Shown in pieces: positions 39,572 to 49,290 of a stretch of 64,000 bases of DNA. The number at the start of each line of letters is the position of its first letter. The first letter of the stretch is position 1. Location: positions 44,197 to 108,196 of the forward strand of contig CALWPK010000004.1 in assembly GCA_944383415.1 (NCBI GenBank), written 5' to 3'. This stretch comes from an uncultured Clostridia bacterium. Its GTDB lineage: Bacteria > Bacillota > Clostridia > Christensenellales > UBA1242. The translations under genes and the position numbers were made by a program. The notes beneath the pieces are model-generated. The model saw only the letters and a list, made by a program, of their open reading frames with translations, searched no databases and had not been told where the DNA came from.

Positions 39572-40705
39572 TTAGAATTGCACTTCTTCATATACCCTTT
39601 TCAATTGTTCTCGAACGACATCGATTTCATATTTTTTGACCTTTATATGATTATACTCTCCCATTTTTTGCTTCAAATCTTCATTGTCCAAAATCTCTAA
39701 CACTGATGATGCAACCTCATCAATATTTTTATAATTCACTAGTTTTCCGCCTAGAGAATCGTCAATAAGGTCTCTGTTGCCTCGTACATTTGACGTAACG
39801 ACAGGAAGAGAATAATACATCGCTTCCATAATGGCCATAGTAAGCCCCTCTTGCTTGGATAGTAGCAACATCAAATCACTTATCTGCATAATTTTGTTTA
39901 TATCCTTTCTATATCCAGCAAAAATGACCGAATCTTCTAGATTTAGTTTACGCACCAAAGATTTCATTTTATTTTCCAATTTCCCAGTCCCGCAGACTAT
40001 ATATTTTACATTTGGAAACTGTCTTTTCACTATAGCAAAACTTTTGATCATCGCAGGATAATTTTTTCGTTTGATGAATTCCGCTACAGTCACAATGACT
40101 TTATTTCCTTCTTCTATATTAAACTCTTGTTTGAATTTTGTTTTGTCAAATGGAGTGAGATCATATTTGGTATTGTCAAATCCTATCCCATTTATTTTGT
40201 ATTTATATTTCACTTTCCAATCTGCAATCGCTTGAAAATCCTCGCTCGACATAGTCAATAACACATTTGTATATTTTGATAGATACTTTTCAGCCGTTTT
40301 AAATATCAAATTTTTTAATGGATTGTTGTTTTTGAAAAAGAAAAATCCATGTGCAGTATAGATTACTGGAATATGAAATTTTTTCCCAATCAATCTCCCC
40401 ATCATTCCACCGACAGGTTGCTGACAATAAATTAAATTATAACTATTTTCAATCTGATATTTTTTCAACAACTTATATGCTTTCAGATTTTTCAGTTTGA
40501 AAGGTGAACGCTCAAAAGGTATCTCGATCATATTCAACTTATATTTTTCTCTCAATTCGTCAAACCAAAATCCAGTCTTCGCACAAAAACAATCCACCTT
40601 TGCCCCATAGTTTTCCAAATCTTTAATATGAGGAATAAGGAATTGCCAAATCATATTGTCCGTTGTGGCAATGAACATAATCCGTTTGTTTTCAAATTCT
40701 ATCAT
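39572..40705 (-). CDS. GT4-family glycosyltransferase
   Basis: C-terminal EGLTMAIMEAMYYSLPVVTSNVRGNRDLI (E-x7-E). Confidence 0.85.
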   Translation of the reverse strand: MIEFENKRIMFIATTDNMIWQFLIPHIKDLENYGAKVDCFCAKTGFWFDELREKYKLNMIEIPFERSPFKLKNLKAYKLLKKYQIENSYNLIYCQQPVGGMMGRLIGKKFHIPVIYTAHGFFFFKNNNPLKNLIFKTAEKYLSKYTNVLLTMSSEDFQAIADWKVKYKYKINGIGFDNTKYDLTPFDKTKFKQEFNIEEGNKVIVTVAEFIKRKNYPAMIKSFAIVKRQFPNVKYIVCGTGKLENKMKSLVRKLNLEDSVIFAGYRKDINKIMQISDLMLLLSKQEGLTMAIMEAMYYSLPVVTSNVRGNRDLIDDSLGGKLVNYKNIDEVASSVLEILDNEDLKQKMGEYNHIKVKKYEIDVVREQLKRVYEEVQF

Positions 40706-40802
40706 ATTTTTATTTTACTAAATTGTACAGCAATTGTAAAATGTTTCATATTCGAATTTTTACAGTTGGACAAAATGAATAAAGAAAGACAATTATTATA
40801 AT

Positions 40803-40875
40803 TCTTAATTTACAAAGAAAGATCGTTAATATTAATCTTAATTTACAGATTTCAAATCTTACTTTTAATCTTAAT
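40803..40875. promoter_or_regulatory. three TCTTAAT(TTACA) direct repeats at exact 33-bp spacing
   Basis: tcttaatttaca at 40803-40814 and 40836-40847, and tcttaat at 40869-40875. They lie about 100-170 nt upstream of the GT4 start. Confidence 0.35.
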
Positions 40876-41120
40876 GAAAAATATTGACTAGACTAGAAAA
40901 ATAAAAAAATATAAGTAACCGCTTTTGACAACACCAACTCCACGTTTTGACCCAAACTATTCTATGCTATTGTTTTTCGTCGAACAATGACAATTCAACT
41001 TGTATAAAGGCGAGTATTTGCTAGATTACTATTTATAAATTTTTACTTAAAATCCACTAAAAAACATATCTAATTTAATATTTTTATGTTATAATATAAA
41101 AAATATTAAAAGGACTTTTT

Positions 41121-41429
41121 ATGAAAGTATTATATGAGAAAAAACAACTTGATTTTTCTAATGAACTTAAACGAGATAATACATTAGTACAGGCACGAAA
41201 TTTAGAATTGAAGCAAATTACTTCTTCAAAAGTTCGAGATAATGCTTATATTCCAAAAAAATATCAAAAATATAATTTAGAGATATATAAACAGGATGTT
41301 ATTAATTTGGGACTTAAAGAAACTTGGGCAATTAAATCCAACTATTGCTGGCAAAATGTTTTTCAAAAAATTAAAATACAACAATGTAAGAGATTATTAC
41401 AAAAAACTCTATTGAGATTAGATAGATGA
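41121..41429 (+). CDS. hypothetical small basic protein
   Basis: 102-aa ORF with tataat and aaagga upstream. No recognisable motif; could be non-coding. Confidence 0.3.
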   Translation: MKVLYEKKQLDFSNELKRDNTLVQARNLELKQITSSKVRDNAYIPKKYQKYNLEIYKQDVINLGLKETWAIKSNYCWQNVFQKIKIQQCKRLLQKTLLRLDR

Positions 41430-41610
41430 GAGAGCGATGACTAACAACACAAGATAACAAGAAAAATGCAAGAACTTGCTTCTATCAATTAAAAAAACAA
41501 ATTCTTACATCTCTTTCTTTTTAACTATTAGCCTGTCTCAAGCCTACAGATTTGTTAATATCACTATCTTTTTCGCTAGTTTCAACGTACAAACCATTAT
41601 TCGCACTTTC

Positions 41611-42435
41611 TTATTTGATATCTATATACTCTGCTCGCCCCTTCGTCTCCTCATTCATTACAGCGTTGGATGCCAATTTCATTTCGCTATTTTCTTTCGT
41701 CTCCATATAGGCTATGATCTCGTTCGCTCTACCGATCCCCTTTTCATATTGAAGTTTATCAATTTTGCCAGTTTTAAGCAGATAGTCGGCGTAATAATAT
41801 TCGCGATACGAAGAGTTTGCATCTCCGCACCTACCTTTCGGCGTGAATATTATAAATAAAGTCTTAAAAAAGATCTTAACATCATTGATAAAGGTCACAT
41901 TATGTACGTATTCCAAATCTTTTTCGAATATCTCTTCCCAAGTAGATTTGCTCCTCCCGCCAGTGACTTGCGAAAGTCCGGATAGTCCAGGACGAATTGA
42001 GTATGCCTCCATCACAGATTCATCGTAAAACACCATATCCTTAATAAGTCGCGGACGTGGTCCAATGACGCTCATATCTCCTTTCAAAATGTTGAACAAT
42101 TGAGGAAGTTCATCGAGATTCGCCTTCCTTAAGAACAATCCAAATTTAGTGATACGTTGATTGTCTGGCAACAATTCTCCATCTTCATCTAGCCTGTTCG
42201 TCATACTACGAAATTTGTATAACTTAAATGGTTTCCCATTTCTACCCGGTCGATATTGGGCAAAGATTATATCACTTTTGAGCGTGCATTTCAAAACTAT
42301 CGCTATGATCAGCATTATCGGCGATAATAAAACCAATGCAAACGCAGAAAAAACAACATCTAAAAATCGCTTCATAAATCGCTGATAAAAAGATGGACGT
42401 CTAGATTTATTCCCGTTTCTTCCTGTTTTTTCCAT
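41611..42435 (-). CDS. small monotopic phosphoglycosyl (bacterial sugar) transferase with C-terminal extension
   Basis: KRFLDVVFS..LLSPIMLIIAI, KLYKFRSM, DELPQLFNILKGDMSVIGPRP, and PGLSGLSQV motifs. An extra ~70 aa follows the usual end. Confidence 0.9.
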   Translation of the reverse strand: MEKTGRNGNKSRRPSFYQRFMKRFLDVVFSAFALVLLSPIMLIIAIVLKCTLKSDIIFAQYRPGRNGKPFKLYKFRSMTNRLDEDGELLPDNQRITKFGLFLRKANLDELPQLFNILKGDMSVIGPRPRLIKDMVFYDESVMEAYSIRPGLSGLSQVTGGRSKSTWEEIFEKDLEYVHNVTFINDVKIFFKTLFIIFTPKGRCGDANSSYREYYYADYLLKTGKIDKLQYEKGIGRANEIIAYMETKENSEMKLASNAVMNEETKGRAEYIDIK

Positions 42436-42516
42436 AGTGTAAGTATATTATACCATATATTTTCGCTTTTATCAAGAATATTTCAAAAATTCTAATATTA
42501 TGTCGAAAGTAAATAG

Positions 42517-42927
42517 TATTTTTCGAATTATAAATTTTTTAAAAACAAAATAATAGTTATATCAGCCAAAGATGAAGCGTCAAAATATTTCAATCTTTTT
42601 ACTGAAAAACGTAAGTATGGTCTGATAAAAGAAATTAAATATCGCAACTCTTATATAGCAGTGATAGATATAAAAAGAGAATTTTATTATGAGCATACTT
42701 CAAATGATATGTATGAATGTTCATACAAAGTAAAAGATAAGTTCATTGATATTATCAGTGCAGGATATGACAAGGGTAATAAATCTTCAATAAAAATAGA
42801 TGATACAGAATATTCCTGCAATCGCAGAGGGTTGAATGTTGCTGTTTTTAATTATCGTACTCTTACTTTAATAGATAAATTTTATTGTGATACTCATTCT
42901 GATCAATTTTTAACAATTAGGAGGTAG
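42517..42927 (+). pseudogene. 5'-truncated duplicate of the C-terminal domain of the downstream gene
   Basis: The open frame with no proper start reads IIVISAKDEASKY..YRNSYIAVID..ISAGYDKGNKSSIKIDD..NRRGLNVAVFNYRTLTLIDKFYCDTHSD. It is collinear with residues ~330-460 of ORF 42929..44329. Confidence 0.55.
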
Positions 42928-42928
42928 T

Positions 42929-44329
42929 ATGGAGAAAAAACATATTTCCGTCATAGGATCTTGTGTCTCTAGGCAATTATTTAATAATATATTGCTTGAT
43001 AGCATATTTACTGTTGATAAATATTCATATCAAATTTGCGTTTGGGATCTATTTGGAGATAAAATTAAAATTGATAAAGAAGAATTATTAAAATATTATT
43101 CTGAAGAGTTTACTGCAAGGATGATAACTTATGATTTTAATAAAATCACTCTAGATGAAATTGCTTCTGCAAATAGTGAATATTTGATAATAGATCTTTA
43201 CAATATAATAGCACCAATATGTGAATTCAAATTAAAAGATAAAACTGTTTATACACAATTTACTTATGACAGATATTCTTCACTGATAAACAATATTGAC
43301 AATTTCAATAATTTGAAAGATCTAAAATATCAAAAATATCCATTTCAAAAATTGGATAAGTCCATAGTTTATAAAGGACTGAAAAAACTTGCAGGATGGA
43401 TCAAAAAGCATTTTGATTTAAATAAGGTAATTATTGAAATCCCATCCTTTGCTGACAAATATTTTGACTTGGAAAATCAACTATTTGATTATTCCGAACA
43501 GACGCTAATTAATAATAAAAATCAAATTTCAATTATAAAAGAATTTTCGTTATATTTGGCAGATCTGCTTCCTGAAGCCAACCTTTTTGACCTAAGTGGA
43601 GATAATAGTATTGCTCAATTTAATAATTATGATAATTTAAATATTCTAAGCACCCCCCCCCCTATGCACTACACAGAATATTATTATATTGAATGGAGCA
43701 AAAGACTAATCAATTTATTAAATATCAACTTATCTAATTATTATTCATTAAAAATAGAACCTAATATATACGAATGTATTAGATACAAAAATTTATATTT
43801 AAAATCGCTAAAAAATAAGAAATTGGCCAACGAAAATCTTAAAGCATATGAATATAATCTCAATGATTATGTCTCTAACATTGAAAATCTATCTGATTTT
43901 ATAATAATTATTTCAGCCAAAGATGAATGTAGCAACTGCATCAAATCTTTTACCAACAAGTCATTGCTTGATATTGAAATGAATGTAAAATATAGGCAAT
44001 CCTATATCGCTATTATAGACAAATCAAGAAACTTTGTGAAGGAAATTGTTTCAAATGACTCGATCAATTATGAATACAAAAATGATCTTCCTCATAATGC
44101 TATAATTAGAATAAAAAGCGCAGGATATGAGTGCGGGAATATGTCTTCTATAGTTTTGAAAATAAATGATTCTACCACTGAATTATCATTGAACAAAAGA
44201 GGATTGAATTTTGTTTTGTTAAACGCAAAAACTCTTGATGTTGTAGATACATTCAAATGCGATACTCACTTAGATCCAGATTTAACAATAAAATCAATAT
44301 ATCTATCTAAAATAAAGATAAAAGTATAG
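42929..44329 (+). CDS. DUF6270-like N-terminal domain protein with ILEI/FAM3-like C-terminal domain (tentative)
   Basis: The N-terminus KHISVIGSCVSRQLFN and STPPPMHYTEYYY recall DUF6270 proteins of polysaccharide loci. The C-terminal NKRGLNFVLLNAKTLDVVDTFKCDTH recalls the GINxAxVN..TG.V....FD block of ILEI/FAM3 domains. SD aggagg. Confidence 0.55.
   Translation: MEKKHISVIGSCVSRQLFNNILLDSIFTVDKYSYQICVWDLFGDKIKIDKEELLKYYSEEFTARMITYDFNKITLDEIASANSEYLIIDLYNIIAPICEFKLKDKTVYTQFTYDRYSSLINNIDNFNNLKDLKYQKYPFQKLDKSIVYKGLKKLAGWIKKHFDLNKVIIEIPSFADKYFDLENQLFDYSEQTLINNKNQISIIKEFSLYLADLLPEANLFDLSGDNSIAQFNNYDNLNILSTPPPMHYTEYYYIEWSKRLINLLNINLSNYYSLKIEPNIYECIRYKNLYLKSLKNKKLANENLKAYEYNLNDYVSNIENLSDFIIIISAKDECSNCIKSFTNKSLLDIEMNVKYRQSYIAIIDKSRNFVKEIVSNDSINYEYKNDLPHNAIIRIKSAGYECGNMSSIVLKINDSTTELSLNKRGLNFVLLNAKTLDVVDTFKCDTHLDPDLTIKSIYLSKIKIKV
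43653..43662 (+). repeat. C10 homopolymer inside the CDS (encodes T-PPP)
   Basis: Counted directly: agc acc ccc ccc cct atg. It is in frame in this assembly. Confidence 0.9.
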
Positions 44330-44330
44330 T

Positions 44331-44362
44331 AAATATGCAACTATTGAAGTTGCATATTTTTC
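44331..44362 (+). terminator. rho-independent terminator
   Basis: aaatatgcaac (44331-44341) pairs with gttgcatattt (44349-44359), followed by a T-run. Confidence 0.75.
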
Positions 44363-44411
44363 TCATATTAAATTAATAAAATTTTAAAAATTAATATTCT
44401 ACTTGGATAGT

Positions 44412-46070
44412 TTAATTTTTCAAGGTAGAGATGAGGGCGGTGAGGCGGGAATGGCATTCGGCGACACCTAGTATTTTCATAATTGAGTAAAGTTCTGGGC
44501 TATCTACCCTATCCGTAATGGCGATGCGAACGAATTTCGATGCATCTGCGATGTTTCCTGAATAGATAGATGGATTTTGCTTATAGGTTTTATTGTCTAC
44601 AAAGTTGTATTTGTAGGCAATATTTTTTAGATTTTCAAACCAAGTTTGATTGTCTTTTTCTTGCGTCAAATGATCTGAATAGTCGATAAGAAATTCGATT
44701 AATTTCTCTTTATTCACCTGCCCTAAATCGACCTGATATTTTGGCTCAAAATTAGGCAAAACATAGTTGTATAGATCCAATATTTCGCTATAATATGCAA
44801 TATCTTTTCTCGGACGTTCGCCTCCACGATTAATTGATAGGATGTCAATCAAATTTTGTTTGTTTTCTTCGATTGTTTTTGAATTTTCTTTGTTCCAAAT
44901 TTTTGACCAAGAAAGCAGATTTTGATATACCTCTTCTGCAGTCAATCTCGAAATTATTGTCTTTGAAATATCGTTAAGTTTCAAAAAATCGAATAGAGGA
45001 TTGGTTACCCCAATCTTTTTGATTTCGAATGGAAATTCTTTAATTGATTTGTCTGGATTATTTTTCCTCCATATTTCAAAATCACTATTGAGTAAAGTCA
45101 AAAGATATTCCAAAATTGCTTCAACTGGATAGCCTTTTTTGATGAAAAACCTGACATCTGCAAAGGCGTCTTTTCGCTTGCTAATCTTTCTTTTGTTGCC
45201 ATTTTCGTCCAATATACAAATATTGGGAGTGTGCGCGTATTTAAATGGTTTGAACCCAAATGCATTCGCCAATTCTATATGCACAGGCAACGACTGATAC
45301 CACTCCTGTCCACGTACGATTATTGAGGTTCGCATAAGGGTATCATCTACAATATGTGCGAACGAATAGACTGGCACTCCATTAGATTTGATCAACACAT
45401 CATCTTTTGCATTCTCTCGTAAATCCTTTTCTCCTTTTATTGCATCCTTGAATTTGTGCGTACGCTCACTATCTCCCATAGAAAGCAATCTCAATGCAAA
45501 AGGAAGATGGGCATTTAATTTCAACTTAATTTCATCTAGAGTCAAATTTCTACACGGATCGTGAAGCGTCAATTCGTCTGATTGTTCGAGTTCCTCATCT
45601 CGTGATTTTTGTATCTCTTCTTTATCTTTTTTTGGCTTGCAAAAACAAGGAAATGCCCGTCCCTTTTCAACCAAAAAATGTGCGAATGCGTGGTATATTT
45701 CAAGCCTTTTTGACTGCACATACGGGCCATAGTCTCCTATCTCTCGCTCTTCACCTCTGTACCCTTCGTCTGGAGTGAGACTATAATATTTCAACATATC
45801 GTACGCAATAGTGCCCGCCTCATCGATCTCTCGTTTGTTATCCGTATCCTCAAGTCTAAGATAAAATATACCATTCGTTCTATCTGCTAGCATTCGATGT
45901 GCTAAACTTTGATACAACTGCCCTATATGTAAAAAACCAGTAGGACTAGGACCCAATCTCGTCACCTCGCCTACAGTGCATCTGGGTGGATATTTATTTA
46001 TATAATAATCAATATCTCTTGCATTTGGATACAAGAGATCAGCGAGTTCCTTAAATTCATATTCTGTCAT
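44412..46070 (-). CDS. gltX: glutamate--tRNA ligase (long form)
   Basis: PSPTGFLHIGQ (HIGH-type), LRLEDTD, and KISKRK (KMSKS-type) motifs. 552 aa. Confidence 0.88.
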   Translation of the reverse strand: MTEYEFKELADLLYPNARDIDYYINKYPPRCTVGEVTRLGPSPTGFLHIGQLYQSLAHRMLADRTNGIFYLRLEDTDNKREIDEAGTIAYDMLKYYSLTPDEGYRGEEREIGDYGPYVQSKRLEIYHAFAHFLVEKGRAFPCFCKPKKDKEEIQKSRDEELEQSDELTLHDPCRNLTLDEIKLKLNAHLPFALRLLSMGDSERTHKFKDAIKGEKDLRENAKDDVLIKSNGVPVYSFAHIVDDTLMRTSIIVRGQEWYQSLPVHIELANAFGFKPFKYAHTPNICILDENGNKRKISKRKDAFADVRFFIKKGYPVEAILEYLLTLLNSDFEIWRKNNPDKSIKEFPFEIKKIGVTNPLFDFLKLNDISKTIISRLTAEEVYQNLLSWSKIWNKENSKTIEENKQNLIDILSINRGGERPRKDIAYYSEILDLYNYVLPNFEPKYQVDLGQVNKEKLIEFLIDYSDHLTQEKDNQTWFENLKNIAYKYNFVDNKTYKQNPSIYSGNIADASKFVRIAITDRVDSPELYSIMKILGVAECHSRLTALISTLKN

Positions 46071-47173
46071 TATACATTCTCCATTATCGCTAACAAATCA
46101 ACTAAACAGGCATTGTATTCATCCACAACATAACTATAATTATCTATGATTTCCAAACAAAGCGTTTCATAATCGCTAGCATTGATATTCTCTGCCACTC
46201 TCAAATATACAACGTCCTCACACGTCTGAATATAAATATCATAATTGTTGTTCAAAATCGTTTGCAAATTATATAGTTTGATAGACGCCTCGAAGAAATC
46301 TTGTTTCAAAGCACTGGCATTAATTTCATCGCCAATTGTATCGCTAAAAGACCTATCCGCCTGACTGACTTTCTGTTGATATTCTTGAAAGTTATATCCC
46401 ACTTCAGGAAAACCATTCGTGTCGGTGGTAAGTGTGGTAGACAAAGATCCACCCTTTACATTCCTCTCGGTGTAATCACGAGTGAGATATACAATGTTGT
46501 ATTGAATTTTGCTATCCAAAATATTGGTCACTCTGTTTGCGTCAAATTGATCAATTTTTATGCTTGAAAAATCAAAATTATAATCACTCAAAGCATAATT
46601 AAAATATATGTCTGACAAGCAATCCGTGATATTATACACCGCTAGATACAAATTATCGTAAGAGTCAAACAAATTTTTCAACCTATTCATACAGACACTA
46701 TTGAACATATTTCCATTGATGTTAAATCTCAAGATATCTGCCACCAGAGATGTATTCAAACTGACATCATTCAATGCCGAATCAAATGACTGAAGATAAA
46801 ATTGCATTTTATTTCTCTTCTCTCGTTCAACGTCCAATTCGTTAGTGGAACATCTATCAATGTAGTTATATACAAATTGCAATGAATTGTCCAGCAGTCT
46901 ATTATAAAAATTGTTCAAATGACTATATGGTCTAGACGAATTGACAAGGTCTGTAAAATACTGCTCATTTTGATACGTGTAAATAGAATAATCAAACTCA
47001 ATTCTATTGTCACTAGTGAGATTTACATTATCATATTTAGTGACAATCTCATTGAAATCAGTCCGTAATTCAGACAATTGATAGCCTTCATCATCTCCAC
47101 AAGCAGTGAAAATTGTTGCTCCCGGAATCAAGAGCAAGCAAAGTAATAAAGATAACCATATTCTTCTTTTCAT
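46070..47173 (-). CDS. lipoprotein of unknown function
   Basis: Lipobox IFTACGDD. Its stop overlaps the gltX start (TAATG at 46070). Confidence 0.6.
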   Translation of the reverse strand: MKRRIWLSLLLCLLLIPGATIFTACGDDEGYQLSELRTDFNEIVTKYDNVNLTSDNRIEFDYSIYTYQNEQYFTDLVNSSRPYSHLNNFYNRLLDNSLQFVYNYIDRCSTNELDVEREKRNKMQFYLQSFDSALNDVSLNTSLVADILRFNINGNMFNSVCMNRLKNLFDSYDNLYLAVYNITDCLSDIYFNYALSDYNFDFSSIKIDQFDANRVTNILDSKIQYNIVYLTRDYTERNVKGGSLSTTLTTDTNGFPEVGYNFQEYQQKVSQADRSFSDTIGDEINASALKQDFFEASIKLYNLQTILNNNYDIYIQTCEDVVYLRVAENINASDYETLCLEIIDNYSYVVDEYNACLVDLLAIMENV

Positions 47174-48033
47174 TAAATACCTAAAACTCCTTTGAAATAA
47201 TAAGTAGCCTTCACCAAACTAGTTGAACTATCTGAAATGCTGACCACTTGATTTACGTTTTGTGCCAAATTGGACGCGAACGCTTCTTTGTCACACTTTT
47301 CATAGTTTTGAATAAAATTATTAGTTAAATAAGAAAAGTTGGCATTTGCATTTGATGATGAAATAAAACCATTTTTGAAATTGATAGCCCGATTAACCAA
47401 ATCAATATTTTCGCTATCCTCTACCCTTCTCAGCCCAGACGCGTCTGTGACCAAATTTGAAAATGCATCAATACAAACATTGGAATAAACTTCAATAATA
47501 CTAAACTTGACATCAGCATTTTTTATAATATCGGTCTTGTTTAACTCTGAGTTGATCGTGCTGATCATATCAGAGAAAGTCACAAAATATCTACTCATCT
47601 GATTGTACAAATCATTTGCTCCCTTCTCTCTATTGAAGAAATCGCTATCTACCTTGATCAAATATTCTTCCATCATATTGTATGCGGTGTCTTGATTTTC
47701 CAGCACTTTATCAATCTGCTCTTCGATGAGCCTTTCGTCAAGATCAAAATCTTCAGCATTGACCAAATGATAATTGAGGTTGACTGCCATCTCTTTCAAC
47801 TTTTCATTCGTATTGATGATCAAATCGAATCTGTCGTCTGTATAACCCCGAACCTCGTACAATTTTGCATTGAATTCTGTCGTTTGACCGCCATAAATCA
47901 AAGTGCTAAAACTATTGAAAGCGTCCGCGTTGAGCAAAACATAGTTGTAAAAGAAATAGCACGTACCACCAATAGCCCCTGCCACCAATGCGATGATTAG
48001 CAAAACTTTGACAACGTTCAATACCTTTTTCAT
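47173..48033 (-). CDS. N-terminally anchored envelope protein of unknown function
   Basis: One TM segment (VKVLLIIALVAGAIGGTCYFF). Its stop overlaps the lipoprotein start (TAATG at 47173). Confidence 0.55.
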   Translation of the reverse strand: MKKVLNVVKVLLIIALVAGAIGGTCYFFYNYVLLNADAFNSFSTLIYGGQTTEFNAKLYEVRGYTDDRFDLIINTNEKLKEMAVNLNYHLVNAEDFDLDERLIEEQIDKVLENQDTAYNMMEEYLIKVDSDFFNREKGANDLYNQMSRYFVTFSDMISTINSELNKTDIIKNADVKFSIIEVYSNVCIDAFSNLVTDASGLRRVEDSENIDLVNRAINFKNGFISSSNANANFSYLTNNFIQNYEKCDKEAFASNLAQNVNQVVSISDSSTSLVKATYYFKGVLGI

Positions 48034-48303
48034 ATCTTATATTATAATAATTTAGTAATATATTGTCAATAAGTTTTAAAGTTAAAATTTTCAATATGTT
48101 TTGCAACAAGATAAAAATGAGGAAAATTTTTTCACCTCTATATTGATGCATTTGATGAGTTTAGTTGAAAAGTAAAAAGTACATAGAACATTTTATATTT
48201 GTTTTAATTAGTAATTTTATTTGAAATTTTAATTTATAAAATTACAATACTTCGACTATTTTTTAATCAAACAATTGTAAAAACAAAAGATCTTTGATAT
48301 AAT

Positions 48304-49038
48304 ATGATTATGAGAAATATATTAATTACAGGCGCAAGTGGAGATATAGGGGGAGAAATCGCTCGACAATTTTCAAACACTCACAATAGATTGATACTCA
48401 TCTACAACAACAGCAAAAAGAAGATTGACGAACTTTTGGACGAACTTTTGGACAAATGCGAGTTGATCGCCTACAAGTGCGATTTGACCGATGACGAATC
48501 AATAAGGGCAATGGTAGATGATATAATCAAAAAATATAAGCATATTGATTGCCTCATCAACTCCGCTGGCGTCTCTAGAATCAAACAAATTCAAGATATA
48601 ACGCTAGATGATTATAATTTCATCTTCAATAACAATGTGAAAAGTACAATTTTACTCACAAAATATGTATCAAGATATATGATCAAAGCACACTATGGCA
48701 AGATAGTGAACATCTCTTCAATATGGGGAAATGTGGGAGCAAGTACTGAAAGTCTATATTCAGCCAGCAAAGGTGCAATCAATTCTTTCACTCTAGCACT
48801 GGCGAAGGAGTTGGGATATAGCAATATCACAGTCAACGCGATATGTCCTGGTCTGATTGATGGCAAAATGAATGAATGGCTAACAGAAAGTGAAAAGTCG
48901 GATTTGATCGCAAGTACTCCAATGTCAAGAATTGGCACACCATCCGATGTTGCCAATTTATGCCGATTTTTGTGCAATGAAAATTCTGATTTCATCACTG
49001 GGCAAATTATCACTGTAGACGGCGGACTTTCACTCTAA
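48304..49038 (+). CDS. short-chain dehydrogenase/reductase (FabG-like)
   Basis: ITGASGDIGGEIA, NSAG, and YSASKGA motifs. The start may be the ATG at 48310. Confidence 0.85.
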   Translation: MIMRNILITGASGDIGGEIARQFSNTHNRLILIYNNSKKKIDELLDELLDKCELIAYKCDLTDDESIRAMVDDIIKKYKHIDCLINSAGVSRIKQIQDITLDDYNFIFNNNVKSTILLTKYVSRYMIKAHYGKIVNISSIWGNVGASTESLYSASKGAINSFTLALAKELGYSNITVNAICPGLIDGKMNEWLTESEKSDLIASTPMSRIGTPSDVANLCRFLCNENSDFITGQIITVDGGLSL

Positions 49039-49194
49039 AATATTTATAAATTATGAATTTTTCAAATCAAATGTAAAATTCTCTTTCAATTTAATCGAAC
49101 AAATCTATAAGGCACTTAAATTTAACAATCAGCATTTGGTTTTCAAACAAAAAACTAATTAGAACTTATAAAGTATATGTGTTTGTATAGCGAC

Positions 49195-49243
49195 GAAAAA
49201 AGAGTATATTTAAGATAAAACTTATTATACTCTTTATTTTTTT
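49195..49243. terminator. possible bidirectional terminator
   Basis: aaagagtata (49199-49208) pairs with tatactcttt (49226-49235) around a 17-nt loop, with an A-run before and a T-run after. Confidence 0.4.
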
Positions 49244-49290
49244 CAATACCTCTAGTTTCAAAATTTATTGACTAAATGTCTAAATTTTTT

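Noticed and set aside
41476-41859. 127-aa plus-strand ORF at the 3' end of the sugar-transferase gene.
   Set aside because: It overlaps the well-supported minus-strand phosphoglycosyl transferase, and it has a TTG start, no SD and hydrophobic shadow composition.
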